Below are positions 53,053 to 61,510 of a stretch of DNA of 64,000 bases, in pieces. The position numbers and the translations under genes were made by a program. The stretch spans positions 10,669 through 74,668 of the forward strand of contig JACQBN010000018.1 of NCBI GenBank assembly GCA_016194455.1, written 5' to 3'. The notes under the pieces were generated by a model. That model did not search any database and was not told the DNA's origin. It saw only the letters and a list, made by a program, of their open reading frames with translations. Position 1 is the stretch's first letter; the number at the start of each line of letters is the position of its first letter. The DNA is from Candidatus Kaiserbacteria bacterium (GTDB lineage Bacteria > Patescibacteriota > Minisyncoccia > Phycocordibacterales > Phycocordibacteraceae).

Positions 53053-55200
53053 CTAACTTTCCGAAAGCGGCACGGGGAGCATCACACCACCCGAGAAGAG
53101 CTGCGGGTGCGACGCGTAGAAAGCGCCGAGCGCGTACTCCCAGTACGCGAACTGGGCATCACTCGACGGATTTGTCGGCTGCGGACCCTGCGGATTATTC
53201 TTGTCGGTCCAGTAGAGCAAGTCGTGCGGCACAGCAGCGCCCGAGAGATCGGGGACCCTCCAGTTACCCTGCAGGAGCGGCGGGACCGAGGCAGGGATTG
53301 GATCTGGTTCGCCGAAGTACGTCTTCGGATATTTGGAAAGCGCGTAGGACATGATCTCGTGCCACATTGGTGCGGCGATAAAGCCGGCGATTGATTTGAC
53401 CATCGGAGTGTTGTCGTTGTTGCCGGCCCACACCCCGAGCGCGAGCGAGGGCGTGTAGCCGATCACCCATGCGTCGCGGGTATCGTTGGTGGTGCCCGTC
53501 TTGACCGCGACATCGTAGCCCGGGATGGAGAGCGGGGAGTTGAGCGGATACTCCGGGATGCGCGCCGGGGCATCCGAGAGCATCGCAGACATGTCGCGCG
53601 CGATGTTCGCCGGGATGACTTGCTGCTGATCCGGCGCGTACTTCTCGAGGACGTTTCCTGCCGCGTCATCCACTTCAAGGAGGCCGGTCTTCGCGTTTTT
53701 CACCCCGTCATTGCCGAAGGCGGCGTAGGCGTTGGTGAGATCCAAGAGCCGGACTTCGCCGCCGCCAAGCACGAGGGTAAGACCGTACTGGTTCGCGTCC
53801 CCGAGCGAGGCGAGGCCGAAGGACTCCGCGAGATTGATTGCGTTCTGGATTCCCACGAGATACAAAACTTTTATGGCGGGAATGTTGATGGACTGTGCAA
53901 GCGCGGTCTCAAATGTCATCGGACCGCGATAGGTGCTGTCGAAATCCTGCGGCGCGTAGCAGGGTGGGGTATCGCTCGCGACGTCCATGGGGGAACAGGC
54001 GGTAGAGAACTGCGTCGGAACGTCGAAGACAACGGTGTCGCGCGTGTAGCCGCGCATAAGCGCGAGCGAATAGATGAAAGGCTTCATCGCTGACCCCGGC
54101 TGGCGGAGCGCCAAGGCGGCGTTGTACTGACCGTCAATCGCCGGATCAAAGAAATCGCGCGATCCAACCATCGCAAGGATCTGCCCCGTCGCAGGGTCTA
54201 CCGCGACAAGCGCGGCATTCGAGGCCTTGAAGAGTTTCTCGTTCTTGAGGGCGTAGGTGTTCACCAGGGCCTCGGCTTTCGCCTCGAGGTCAGCGTCGAG
54301 CGTGGTGGTAACTTTAAGCCCCGAGGCAAGTACGGTCTGCCCATACTTTTGCTGGAGCTGGTCAAGAATATAAAAGACGAAGTGCGGCGCGATGATGGAA
54401 TTCTGCCCCGAGGGGACGAAGGAGATGCGAGCCGCCCTCGCGTTCGCATATTCCGCATCCGTGATAAAGCCGAGGGCGTGCATCCGATCGAGCACCAAAT
54501 CTTTTCGCAGGTCGAGCGCAACGCGGTTCGGCCCGTAGGGCGAGTAATGCGAGGGCGCCTGGATCATCGCGGCAAGATAGGCCGCCTGGGGAATGGAGAG
54601 GTCCTCCGCTGAGATTCCGAAATACGCCTCGCTTGCTGCTTCGATGCCGTAGAGCGTTCCGCCGTAGGGAATATCATTGAAGTACGCCTCCAAGATCTGG
54701 TCTTTTGAATATTTTTGTTCCAATCGTATCGCGAGGATCCATTCGTGCACCTTGCGCGTGATGCTGCGCGCGTTGGTGAGGATCGCGTTCTTCACCACTT
54801 GCTGGGTGATGGTGGAGCCGCCCTGGGTCGCGCCGCCGGGGACTACGTCCGCAAGCGCCGCGCGGATGATGGAAGTGAAGCGGATGCCGCCGTGCTGGTA
54901 GAAGCTGGAGTCCTCAATCGCGATGGTCGCATTGATCGCAGATGGCGCGATGTTGGAGAGCGAAACGACATCGCGCCTGGCGTCGCGGTTGTAGTCATAG
55001 AGCAGCACCTGGCCGGTGCGGTCATAAATTCTCGTTGATTGGTTAATCTGACGCGCGCCGAAGGAGGCGATATCGGGCGTCGGCGTGAGCGCGACGACGA
55101 TAAGGGCGAGTCCGACAACAAAAAACGCAATTCCCGCGCCGACGAAGAAGATAAGCAGGAGCACATGACGAAGCGAAGAGCGACGAAGCGGCCCGTTCAT
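53053..55200 (-). CDS. class A penicillin-binding protein (PBP1A: glycosyltransferase + transpeptidase)
   Basis: N-terminal TM, GT51 motif EDSSFYQHGGI, TP motifs SAMKP, KTGTT. Confidence 0.9.
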   Translation of the reverse strand: MNGPLRRSSLRHVLLLIFFVGAGIAFFVVGLALIVVALTPTPDIASFGARQINQSTRIYDRTGQVLLYDYNRDARRDVVSLSNIAPSAINATIAIEDSSFYQHGGIRFTSIIRAALADVVPGGATQGGSTITQQVVKNAILTNARSITRKVHEWILAIRLEQKYSKDQILEAYFNDIPYGGTLYGIEAASEAYFGISAEDLSIPQAAYLAAMIQAPSHYSPYGPNRVALDLRKDLVLDRMHALGFITDAEYANARAARISFVPSGQNSIIAPHFVFYILDQLQQKYGQTVLASGLKVTTTLDADLEAKAEALVNTYALKNEKLFKASNAALVAVDPATGQILAMVGSRDFFDPAIDGQYNAALALRQPGSAMKPFIYSLALMRGYTRDTVVFDVPTQFSTACSPMDVASDTPPCYAPQDFDSTYRGPMTFETALAQSINIPAIKVLYLVGIQNAINLAESFGLASLGDANQYGLTLVLGGGEVRLLDLTNAYAAFGNDGVKNAKTGLLEVDDAAGNVLEKYAPDQQQVIPANIARDMSAMLSDAPARIPEYPLNSPLSIPGYDVAVKTGTTNDTRDAWVIGYTPSLALGVWAGNNDNTPMVKSIAGFIAAPMWHEIMSYALSKYPKTYFGEPDPIPASVPPLLQGNWRVPDLSGAAVPHDLLYWTDKNNPQGPQPTNPSSDAQFAYWEYALGAFYASHPQLFSGGVMLPVPLSES

Positions 55201-55385
55201 GGAGAGATGCTAGCACGAGCGGACACCAACGCGCGGCTCTTGCCGCGCGTTGGTGTCCCGACAGCCAAATTAGATACCTTCTTCGGGTTCCTCTCCGGTT
55301 TCAACCGGATTGAGCTCCTCGTCCTCCTCCGTCTCCTCTCTTTTTTCGAGATCGTACGCGTTGATCATGCTGTTTCGAAGTAAGC

Positions 55386-55910
55386 CTAACCCCGAGGCGT
55401 AATGTGCCGGGGCGACTCTATTTGAGCAAAGATATTTTTTTGTGCAAGGGCCGCAATCCCCAGAGCGATTGCATCAAGTTCGTCATCAAGCCGCTTCTGC
55501 CCCGCGGGCCGTGGCGGCAGGGCAATGAGGCGGGGAATCATCCGCGCCACCGCCGCCTTGTCCGCTCGCCCCTCTCCCGTGACTGCGATCTTCACCTGCT
55601 GTGGCGAACGCTCCAGCACCTGGAGCCCCGCTGTCCCAGCGGCTGCGAGCGCCACCCCGCGCGCCCCGGCGACCCCGAGCGCCGTCTTCTTATTGACGCC
55701 GAAGAAGAGCGTCTCGAGAGCGACTAGGTCCGGCTTATATTTTTGTATCGCGTCCTCAATCGCCCCCTTCACTTCCGCGAGTCGATTGGCGCGCGTCCCC
55801 TTCGCAGGCGTGATACATGCACTCCAGACCAGCGTCGGCTGGGAAACGTCGCCCTCAAGGACTGCGATGCCAAGCCGATCGTAGCCAGGATCAATCGCGA
55901 GTACTCTCAT
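55386..55910 (-). CDS. ruvC: Holliday junction resolvase RuvC
   Basis: Start trimmed to MRVLAIDPGYDRLGIAV. Catalytic D/E residues. Confidence 0.85.
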   Translation of the reverse strand: MRVLAIDPGYDRLGIAVLEGDVSQPTLVWSACITPAKGTRANRLAEVKGAIEDAIQKYKPDLVALETLFFGVNKKTALGVAGARGVALAAAGTAGLQVLERSPQQVKIAVTGEGRADKAAVARMIPRLIALPPRPAGQKRLDDELDAIALGIAALAQKNIFAQIESPRHITPRG

Positions 55911-56445
55911 AGCCACGCGCGTTAGTGAAAATAGTTTGTACGTCCTCGTGCTCATCAAGCGCTTCAAGAAGCGTCGAGAGTTTCTCCTCGTCCTGTCCGG
56001 AGATTTCGACCAGCGGCTCACTCGCGATGTATCCGCCTGGAGACTTTGTGAATGCCCAGCTCGCGGCACCGGGCCCCGCGAGCTCGATACCGTTTTGGGC
56101 GAGCAGATGTTTTAGCTCCTGCGTCGTTCTGTTTTTGTTATCGGTGAGAGCGTCGATGATAAGCGCCGCGCCGCTCGGGCCATACGCCTCGTAGATCACT
56201 TGTTCAAGAGCGGTCGCGTCTTTAGAAATACCTTTTGCAATCGCACGCTCGATGTTGTCTTTGGGCATGTTCGCCGCTTTCGCGCGCGCGATCACCGCGG
56301 CAAGCCCGGGCGCCGAAACGTCCCCCGCCGACTTCTTGGATTCCAGCGCGACGAGCCGCGCAAATCTCGAGAACACGCGGCTTTTCGCGGCGTCCGTTAC
56401 CGCTTTGCCCCGCTTTATCTGCGCCCACTTGGAGTGCCCGGCCAT
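55891..56445 (-). CDS. yebC: YebC/PmpR family DNA-binding regulator (short form)
   Basis: Start trimmed to MAGHSKWAQIKRGK, the universal YebC N-terminus. Confidence 0.8.
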   Translation of the reverse strand: MAGHSKWAQIKRGKAVTDAAKSRVFSRFARLVALESKKSAGDVSAPGLAAVIARAKAANMPKDNIERAIAKGISKDATALEQVIYEAYGPSGAALIIDALTDNKNRTTQELKHLLAQNGIELAGPGAASWAFTKSPGGYIASEPLVEISGQDEEKLSTLLEALDEHEDVQTIFTNARGYESTRD

Positions 56446-56461
56446 ATTATTATAGAAAATT

Positions 56462-57466
56462 TCACAGCAGACTTTCACCCCCGAGGTAGTTCCGGCCCCG
56501 CGGCGTGAGCATGCGCCCGCGCGGGGACCGCTCGATGAGGCCAAGCCGCAAGAGGTAGGGCTCGTACACATGTTCCATTGTGTCGGCCTCCTCGTGCAAG
56601 CTCGCCGCGAGCGCGCGCACCCCTGCGGGCCCGCCGCGGAAGCTCTTGTGCAATGCCTCAAGATAGCGCCGGTCGTCCTTGGTGAGGCCGAGCGCGTCGA
56701 TGCCGAAGAGCTCAAAAGCTCTCTCTAAAAGCCCGGTCGAAAGCGGAAGCTCGTGTACCTCGGAGAAGTCGCGTACCCGCTTGAGGAGCGCGTTCGCCAC
56801 TCTTGGAGTCGCGCGGCTCCGGGCCGCGACCCGCTCTATGACCTCCTCGGGCGTCGAGAGTCCGAGCAATCTCGCCGAGCGGCGGATGATGTCGCGCAGA
56901 TCTTCCTCGCTGTAGAAATCAAGCTGGTAGGTACCGCCCCCGAAGCGGGAGCGTAGGGGGCCGGAGAGCTCCGCCACCCGCGTCGTCGCGCCCACGAGTG
57001 TGAAGGGCGGGAGCGCGAGCTCCACCGTGCGCGCCGAAGGGCCCTTGCCGAGCACGATATCGAGATGTCCGGACTCAAGCGCCGGGTAAAGGAGTTCTTC
57101 GATTTTGCGCGAGAGGCGGTGGATCTCGTCAATAAAAAGAACGGTACCAGGCTCAAGATTGGTCAGAATCGCGGCAAGGTCGGCCGCGCGCTCGATCGCC
57201 ACTCCGGAGGTACTCTTCAGCTGTGCGCCGAGAGTCAGGGCGACCAGGTGTGCAAGCGTCGTCTTGCCGACCCCGGGCGGGCCGTAGAAGAGCAGGTGCT
57301 CGGGCATGCCCCCGCGTTTCTTGGCGGCATCGATCGCGATGCGGACGTTCGCTTTGACCTGCTTCTGGCCGACGTATTCCTCCCAGCGCGCGGGGCGGAG
57401 CGTCGCGTCGAGTGCCTCAAACGGCTCTTGGCGACGGGACCCTTGGGCCTTGCGAGGGGTTGACAT
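56462..57466 (-). CDS. ruvB: Holliday junction branch-migration helicase RuvB
   Basis: Walker A GPPGVGKTTLA, FIDEIHRL, C-terminal winged-helix domain. Confidence 0.95.
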   Translation of the reverse strand: MSTPRKAQGSRRQEPFEALDATLRPARWEEYVGQKQVKANVRIAIDAAKKRGGMPEHLLFYGPPGVGKTTLAHLVALTLGAQLKSTSGVAIERAADLAAILTNLEPGTVLFIDEIHRLSRKIEELLYPALESGHLDIVLGKGPSARTVELALPPFTLVGATTRVAELSGPLRSRFGGGTYQLDFYSEEDLRDIIRRSARLLGLSTPEEVIERVAARSRATPRVANALLKRVRDFSEVHELPLSTGLLERAFELFGIDALGLTKDDRRYLEALHKSFRGGPAGVRALAASLHEEADTMEHVYEPYLLRLGLIERSPRGRMLTPRGRNYLGGESLL

Positions 57467-57664
57467 AAAAATGATGCAGTGCTAACATCTTATCACAGAT
57501 TTTTGATCCTGTTCATACTCCTCTAGGCAAGGCTTGACGGCTTCGGGCGTTTCCCCAAGGATTTTCTGGTACGCAACTTCGGTTGCGCTTGCTGGAATGT
57601 TCCTCAGGTGTCTCGTCCACGCACTGCTTCGGCAGGGTGATCGCCTGGAGGATTATGGACGGGA

Positions 57665-58183
57665 TTAGTGTTTTAAAACAATCGCCGCCGCTTTCTTGTA
57701 TACCTCATCCGCATTTAGTTTTTCGGCGTCGATAACCACAGCGCGCGGCCTATTCGGGATTAGTCTCTGCGTACTATGCCAAAACTCCTCAACCCGTTTT
57801 GGAGTCAGCAAACCGCCCTCTCGGAATCCCCGTTCGTGGGCGCGTTGCGTGACCGTTTCTTTGGTTGCGTTGAGAATAAATTCGTAGACCGTTGCGCCGC
57901 ATTCCTCTCCAACCCTTTCCAATGCGTCGAGCTTGTCTCCCGTGTCGAGAATTATCTTATCGATAATGACATCATGCCCGGCCTCTAAATAAGTTCTCGT
58001 AGCTGCGAAACAAAATGCAAAGGAAAGCTCATAACTTTTCTTCCGATGTTCACGGTATCCGCTTATGAGTCGCCGCTGCGCGTCGATGTCGAGGAGCAGC
58101 GAAAGAGGCATCGCCTTGTATAAACGCTCGGCGAGCGTCGACTTGCCGATCCCCGACGGCCCGTTGATGATGACCAGTTTCAT
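57665..58183 (-). CDS. P-loop kinase (AAA_33/zeta-toxin-like nucleotide or small-molecule kinase fold)
   Basis: MKLVIINGPSGIGKSTLAERL Walker A, DID lid region. Substrate unknown. Confidence 0.5.
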   Translation of the reverse strand: MKLVIINGPSGIGKSTLAERLYKAMPLSLLLDIDAQRRLISGYREHRKKSYELSFAFCFAATRTYLEAGHDVIIDKIILDTGDKLDALERVGEECGATVYEFILNATKETVTQRAHERGFREGGLLTPKRVEEFWHSTQRLIPNRPRAVVIDAEKLNADEVYKKAAAIVLKH

Positions 58184-59863
58184 TTATACCCGCGGGAGAT
58201 CGACGGTTGCGGCGACTTCGGCAAGCGAGGTGATGCCCGCGAGCGCTTTGACGATTCCGTCTTGCGCCATCGTAAGGTAGCCCTGCTTCGCTGCCGCTTT
58301 CACGATTTCGCCCGAGGGAGGATTATCGCGGAGGAACTGCGCGAGCTCGTCGTCCATGAATATCGCTTCGTAAAGCCCGATACGCCCTTTGTAGCCAGTC
58401 TCCCCGCTTTCGGGGGAGTCGGGGCCGGGCTCCCAGACGGTTTCTCTTTTTTCGGGTATCAGTGTTTTATCGGCAAGTGAGGAGAACACTTTTTCAATCA
58501 TCTTTTTCTCCCCCGTGGTGAGCGGACGCTCTTTCCGTTTGTTCGGGTCGAGCTTGCGCACCAGCCGCTGCGCCATCGAGACGGTGATCGCGGAGCCGAA
58601 TGACTTCGGATCCGCGCCGAGATCAACGAGGCGGGGGAAGGTCCCCGCGGCGTCGTTGGTGTGGAGGGTGGAGAAGACGAAGTGCCCGGTCAAGGCCGCT
58701 TGGATCGCGATGTTGGCGGTGTCGCCGTCGCGGATCTCGCCCACCATAATCACGTCCGGGTCCTGCCGGACGATGGAGCGCAGCCCTTCGGCGAACGTAT
58801 ATTTTTTCCCTTCCACCTGCGTCTGCACAATACCCTCAAGGTGGTACTCCACCGGGTCTTCAATGGTGATCACTTTTATCTCGGGGGTATGGATCTCGCG
58901 GAGAAATGAGTAGAGCGTCGTTGTCTTGCCGCTCCCCGTCGGGCCGGTGGTGAGGAGCATCCCGTTTGCCCTCCTGATCTCGGCCTCGAGCCGCGCGAGG
59001 AGCTTCGCGGGGATGCCAAGCTCGCGGAATGAAATCTTCGTCGTCTCAGGGTCGAGGATCCGGAGCACGATCGACTCGCCGTAGTTGCCGGGGATGAAAG
59101 AGGCACGGATCTCCACCTGCATCTCTCCGCGGGTGACGCTGAAGCGCCCGTCCTGCGCGCGGTCTGCGATATTCAGCTTCACGCCCGCAAGGAGCTTGAT
59201 GCGCGAGTTGAGGAGACGGTAGGTCGCGGGGTCGAAGAAGTAAGCGTCGGTCAAGAGGCCGTCGATCCGGAGCCGCAGTTTGGTCCGCGCCTCCTCGGGT
59301 TCAAAATGGATGTCGGAGGCGCGAAGCCCTGCCGAGCTTGCAAAGAGCGCTTCTAGGATGCGCGAGATTCGGTCGAGTGATTTCTCCGCGGCCGCGGCGT
59401 CGAGCGCGCTCCGGAGCGCCGAGAGTTTGGTCGTCGCGCTCGCAAGCGCGGTGTAGGCCTCTTGCGGAATTTCAAAAACGCCGGCCCTCGATTCTGTTGC
59501 GAGCGAGAGGTCATGGTAGCGCCCGAGTGCCTTCTCCAAACTTTTCTTTGATACCAGAAATTGCTTCACGACAAAACCGCCCTGCTCCAGCTCTTTGAGG
59601 AGCGGCGCAAGCGCCGCGTTCCCCGGGTTATGCACCGCGAGCGAGAGATGCTTCGCGGTCCGGTCGAAGGGGACTGCCTCAGCCCTCTTCGCCTTCGCCT
59701 CATTCGTTGCCCGGAGCGCCTCGGCATCTATTTGCTTCAGCGAGAGGTCGGCATAGGGCATGCCATATTTCTCCGAGAGGATGCGCGCGACATCCTCCTC
59801 CTCACGCTCGCGCACGCCCGCGAGCGCCGCTTCCTCAGTTCTTGGGTCAAACGGGAGATCCAT
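58184..59863 (-). CDS. second GspE/PilB-family secretion ATPase (with N-terminal GspE_N-like domain)
   Basis: Walker A TGPTGSGKTTT, Asp/His boxes, MVGEIRD. Confidence 0.85.
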   Translation of the reverse strand: MDLPFDPRTEEAALAGVREREEEDVARILSEKYGMPYADLSLKQIDAEALRATNEAKAKRAEAVPFDRTAKHLSLAVHNPGNAALAPLLKELEQGGFVVKQFLVSKKSLEKALGRYHDLSLATESRAGVFEIPQEAYTALASATTKLSALRSALDAAAAEKSLDRISRILEALFASSAGLRASDIHFEPEEARTKLRLRIDGLLTDAYFFDPATYRLLNSRIKLLAGVKLNIADRAQDGRFSVTRGEMQVEIRASFIPGNYGESIVLRILDPETTKISFRELGIPAKLLARLEAEIRRANGMLLTTGPTGSGKTTTLYSFLREIHTPEIKVITIEDPVEYHLEGIVQTQVEGKKYTFAEGLRSIVRQDPDVIMVGEIRDGDTANIAIQAALTGHFVFSTLHTNDAAGTFPRLVDLGADPKSFGSAITVSMAQRLVRKLDPNKRKERPLTTGEKKMIEKVFSSLADKTLIPEKRETVWEPGPDSPESGETGYKGRIGLYEAIFMDDELAQFLRDNPPSGEIVKAAAKQGYLTMAQDGIVKALAGITSLAEVAATVDLPRV

Positions 59864-59878
59864 AGAGTTGCTGCCGCT

Positions 59879-59908
59879 TATGATAGCACCGTGATGTGGG
59901 GATAACGC
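59879..59908 (+). promoter_or_regulatory. putative sigma70-type promoter (perfect TTGACA -35)
   Basis: TTGACA, 17-18 nt spacer, TACGCT, about 60 nt before an AAGGAGGG RBS and the ATG at 59972. Confidence 0.3.
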
Positions 59909-59971
59909 CGATTGACAGCCTAAGCTACAGGAGTACGCTTCTGGGCAGACAGAGAAAGGAGGGTCCGCCCC

Positions 59972-60436
59972 ATGAAGAATCTGTTTGTGGCAGCCATCGC
60001 TGCCCTCACCCTAGCCTTCGCAGCTCTTTTCGCCCCGACTTCGGCCGCTGCCCAAGGCTACGGGTCCTACGGATACGGATACGGGTACGGACAAGATCCG
60101 TATAGCTACGGCTATTCGTACCACCGCTCGCCTGAGTACCGCTATCCCGTCTGGGTCTGCGTCTACGATTATCGTCTTTGGACCCAGCGCCTGCAGCCGG
60201 AGCTCCGCTTCTACGATCGGCCTCTCGACTCGCAGTCCTGTTACGGGAACAACTATTACGACCCGTGGTTCTTCCGTTTCGATTTCGATCGCGATGATTT
60301 CGACCGCGACCGGGACCGTGACCACGACAACGATCGCGGCCATCACGATCGTGACGATCACGGCAATTGGGGCAATCGCAATCCCGGCAGCCATGACAAT
60401 CACGGCGACCACGACCGGCACCCCGGACATCCCTAA
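59972..60436 (+). CDS. secreted low-complexity protein: Tyr/Gly-rich region + Asp/Arg/His-rich (DRDRDHD) C-terminus
   Basis: Strong RBS AAGGAGGG. Signal peptide MKNLFVAAIAALTLAFAALFAPTSAAA^QG. GYGYGYG repeats. C-terminus DRDRDHDNDRGHHDRDDHG...HDNHGDHDRHPGHP. Confidence 0.55.
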   Translation: MKNLFVAAIAALTLAFAALFAPTSAAAQGYGSYGYGYGYGQDPYSYGYSYHRSPEYRYPVWVCVYDYRLWTQRLQPELRFYDRPLDSQSCYGNNYYDPWFFRFDFDRDDFDRDRDRDHDNDRGHHDRDDHGNWGNRNPGSHDNHGDHDRHPGHP

Positions 60437-60447
60437 GCACCGCTTGC

Positions 60448-60479
60448 GCGCCCCCTCCTCCGAGGGGGCGTTTTCTTTT
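60448..60479 (+). terminator. rho-independent terminator
   Basis: GCGCCCCC-tcctccga-GGGGGCG followed by TTTTCTTTT. Confidence 0.6.
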
Positions 60480-60496
60480 ACGCTACACTCCGTTAT

Positions 60497-60940
60497 ATGC
60501 AGAAGGTGGTGAAGGATCTGACAGAGCTTGAGAGCGAGGCGAAGCACCTGCTCGCGCGCCTCGCGCTGCGAGCCGACGGAGCAACCCTGATCACGCTCTC
60601 GGGTGAACTCGGAGCGGGGAAAACAGCGCTCGCGAAGGCCCTTGCGCGAGCCCTCGGGATTACCGAGGTAGTGAGTAGTCCGACGTTTGTCTTAGAAAAA
60701 ATCTACCGCTTGCCCGCGGGCTCACCCTTCGCCCGCCTCGTACACATCGATGCATATCGGCTTGAATCCGGCGCCGAGCTCGCACCACTCGGGTTTGATG
60801 AAATCATGCAAGACCCCCACAGTCTCGTCATTCTTGAATGGCCGGAGCGCGTCGCGGACGCCCTCCCGCCTCCCGCACTCGCCATCTCACTTGTCGCCCT
60901 CCCCGACCACTCCCGCCAGGTTGAAATAGTGGCCGCTTGA
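60497..60940 (+). CDS. tsaE: tRNA threonylcarbamoyladenosine biosynthesis protein TsaE
   Basis: P-loop LSGELGAGKTALAK, SPTFVLEKIY motif. 147 aa. Confidence 0.75.
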   Translation: MQKVVKDLTELESEAKHLLARLALRADGATLITLSGELGAGKTALAKALARALGITEVVSSPTFVLEKIYRLPAGSPFARLVHIDAYRLESGAELAPLGFDEIMQDPHSLVILEWPERVADALPPPALAISLVALPDHSRQVEIVAA

Positions 60941-60992
60941 CAGAAAACACAGCGTCTGTTAGGTTACTGACGAATGTTCCGAGCGGCCGGAT

Positions 60993-61433
60993 ATGCCGCG
61001 TTCAAAAAAGGAAACATCGGCCATGCCGATCTATGGGATTCTAGTCGTGGCTCTCGCCCTTTCCGGCGCATTTCTCGCATTCCTTAGCGGCCGCCGATCA
61101 ACAAGGACTGATAGTGATGGGAAGGAGCTAGGGACAGTGTCGTTAGTATTCAGCGCAGGCAGTCTCGCTACCGGGCTCTTCATGACTGTCATGGTTGGGG
61201 CCGGTCTGCCAGCGCCGGTAGACAGAAACTTCGGGATGTTTACCGCAGAAGTCGTCTACAAGATCGAAGCGACCACTCCGGTACCAGACGGCTTCGCCTA
61301 TCTCATCAAGAAGGCGAACGACCCGGCAAGCAACGTCGTGCTCTACGAGTCAAGCACTCTGATCCCGGGCTGCTTCATGTACACTCCGGACGCTGACGTG
61401 CGCTTCACGCCGTCGTCCTTGTGCAAGCCCTGA
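60993..61433 (+). CDS. hypothetical membrane protein
   Basis: Two hydrophobic helices. Likely start MPIYGILVV. Confidence 0.4.
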   Translation: MPRSKKETSAMPIYGILVVALALSGAFLAFLSGRRSTRTDSDGKELGTVSLVFSAGSLATGLFMTVMVGAGLPAPVDRNFGMFTAEVVYKIEATTPVPDGFAYLIKKANDPASNVVLYESSTLIPGCFMYTPDADVRFTPSSLCKP

Positions 61434-61452
61434 CAAACTCCTCTCGATGAAC

Positions 61453-61481
61453 GCCGCGGAGGCAACTCCGCGGCTTTTTCT
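61453..61481 (+). terminator. rho-independent terminator
   Basis: GCCGCGGAG-gcaa-CTCCGCGGC followed by TTTTTCT. Confidence 0.6.
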
Positions 61482-61510
61482 ATATTTAAGAAGGCAGGTA
61501 CAATAGGGGA

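Noticed and set aside
60006-60547. Two long minus-strand ORFs (144 and 178 aa) overlapping the low-complexity secreted protein gene
   Set aside because: They are artefacts of the repetitive GAC/CGN DNA. The plus-strand gene has the promoter, RBS, signal peptide and terminator.
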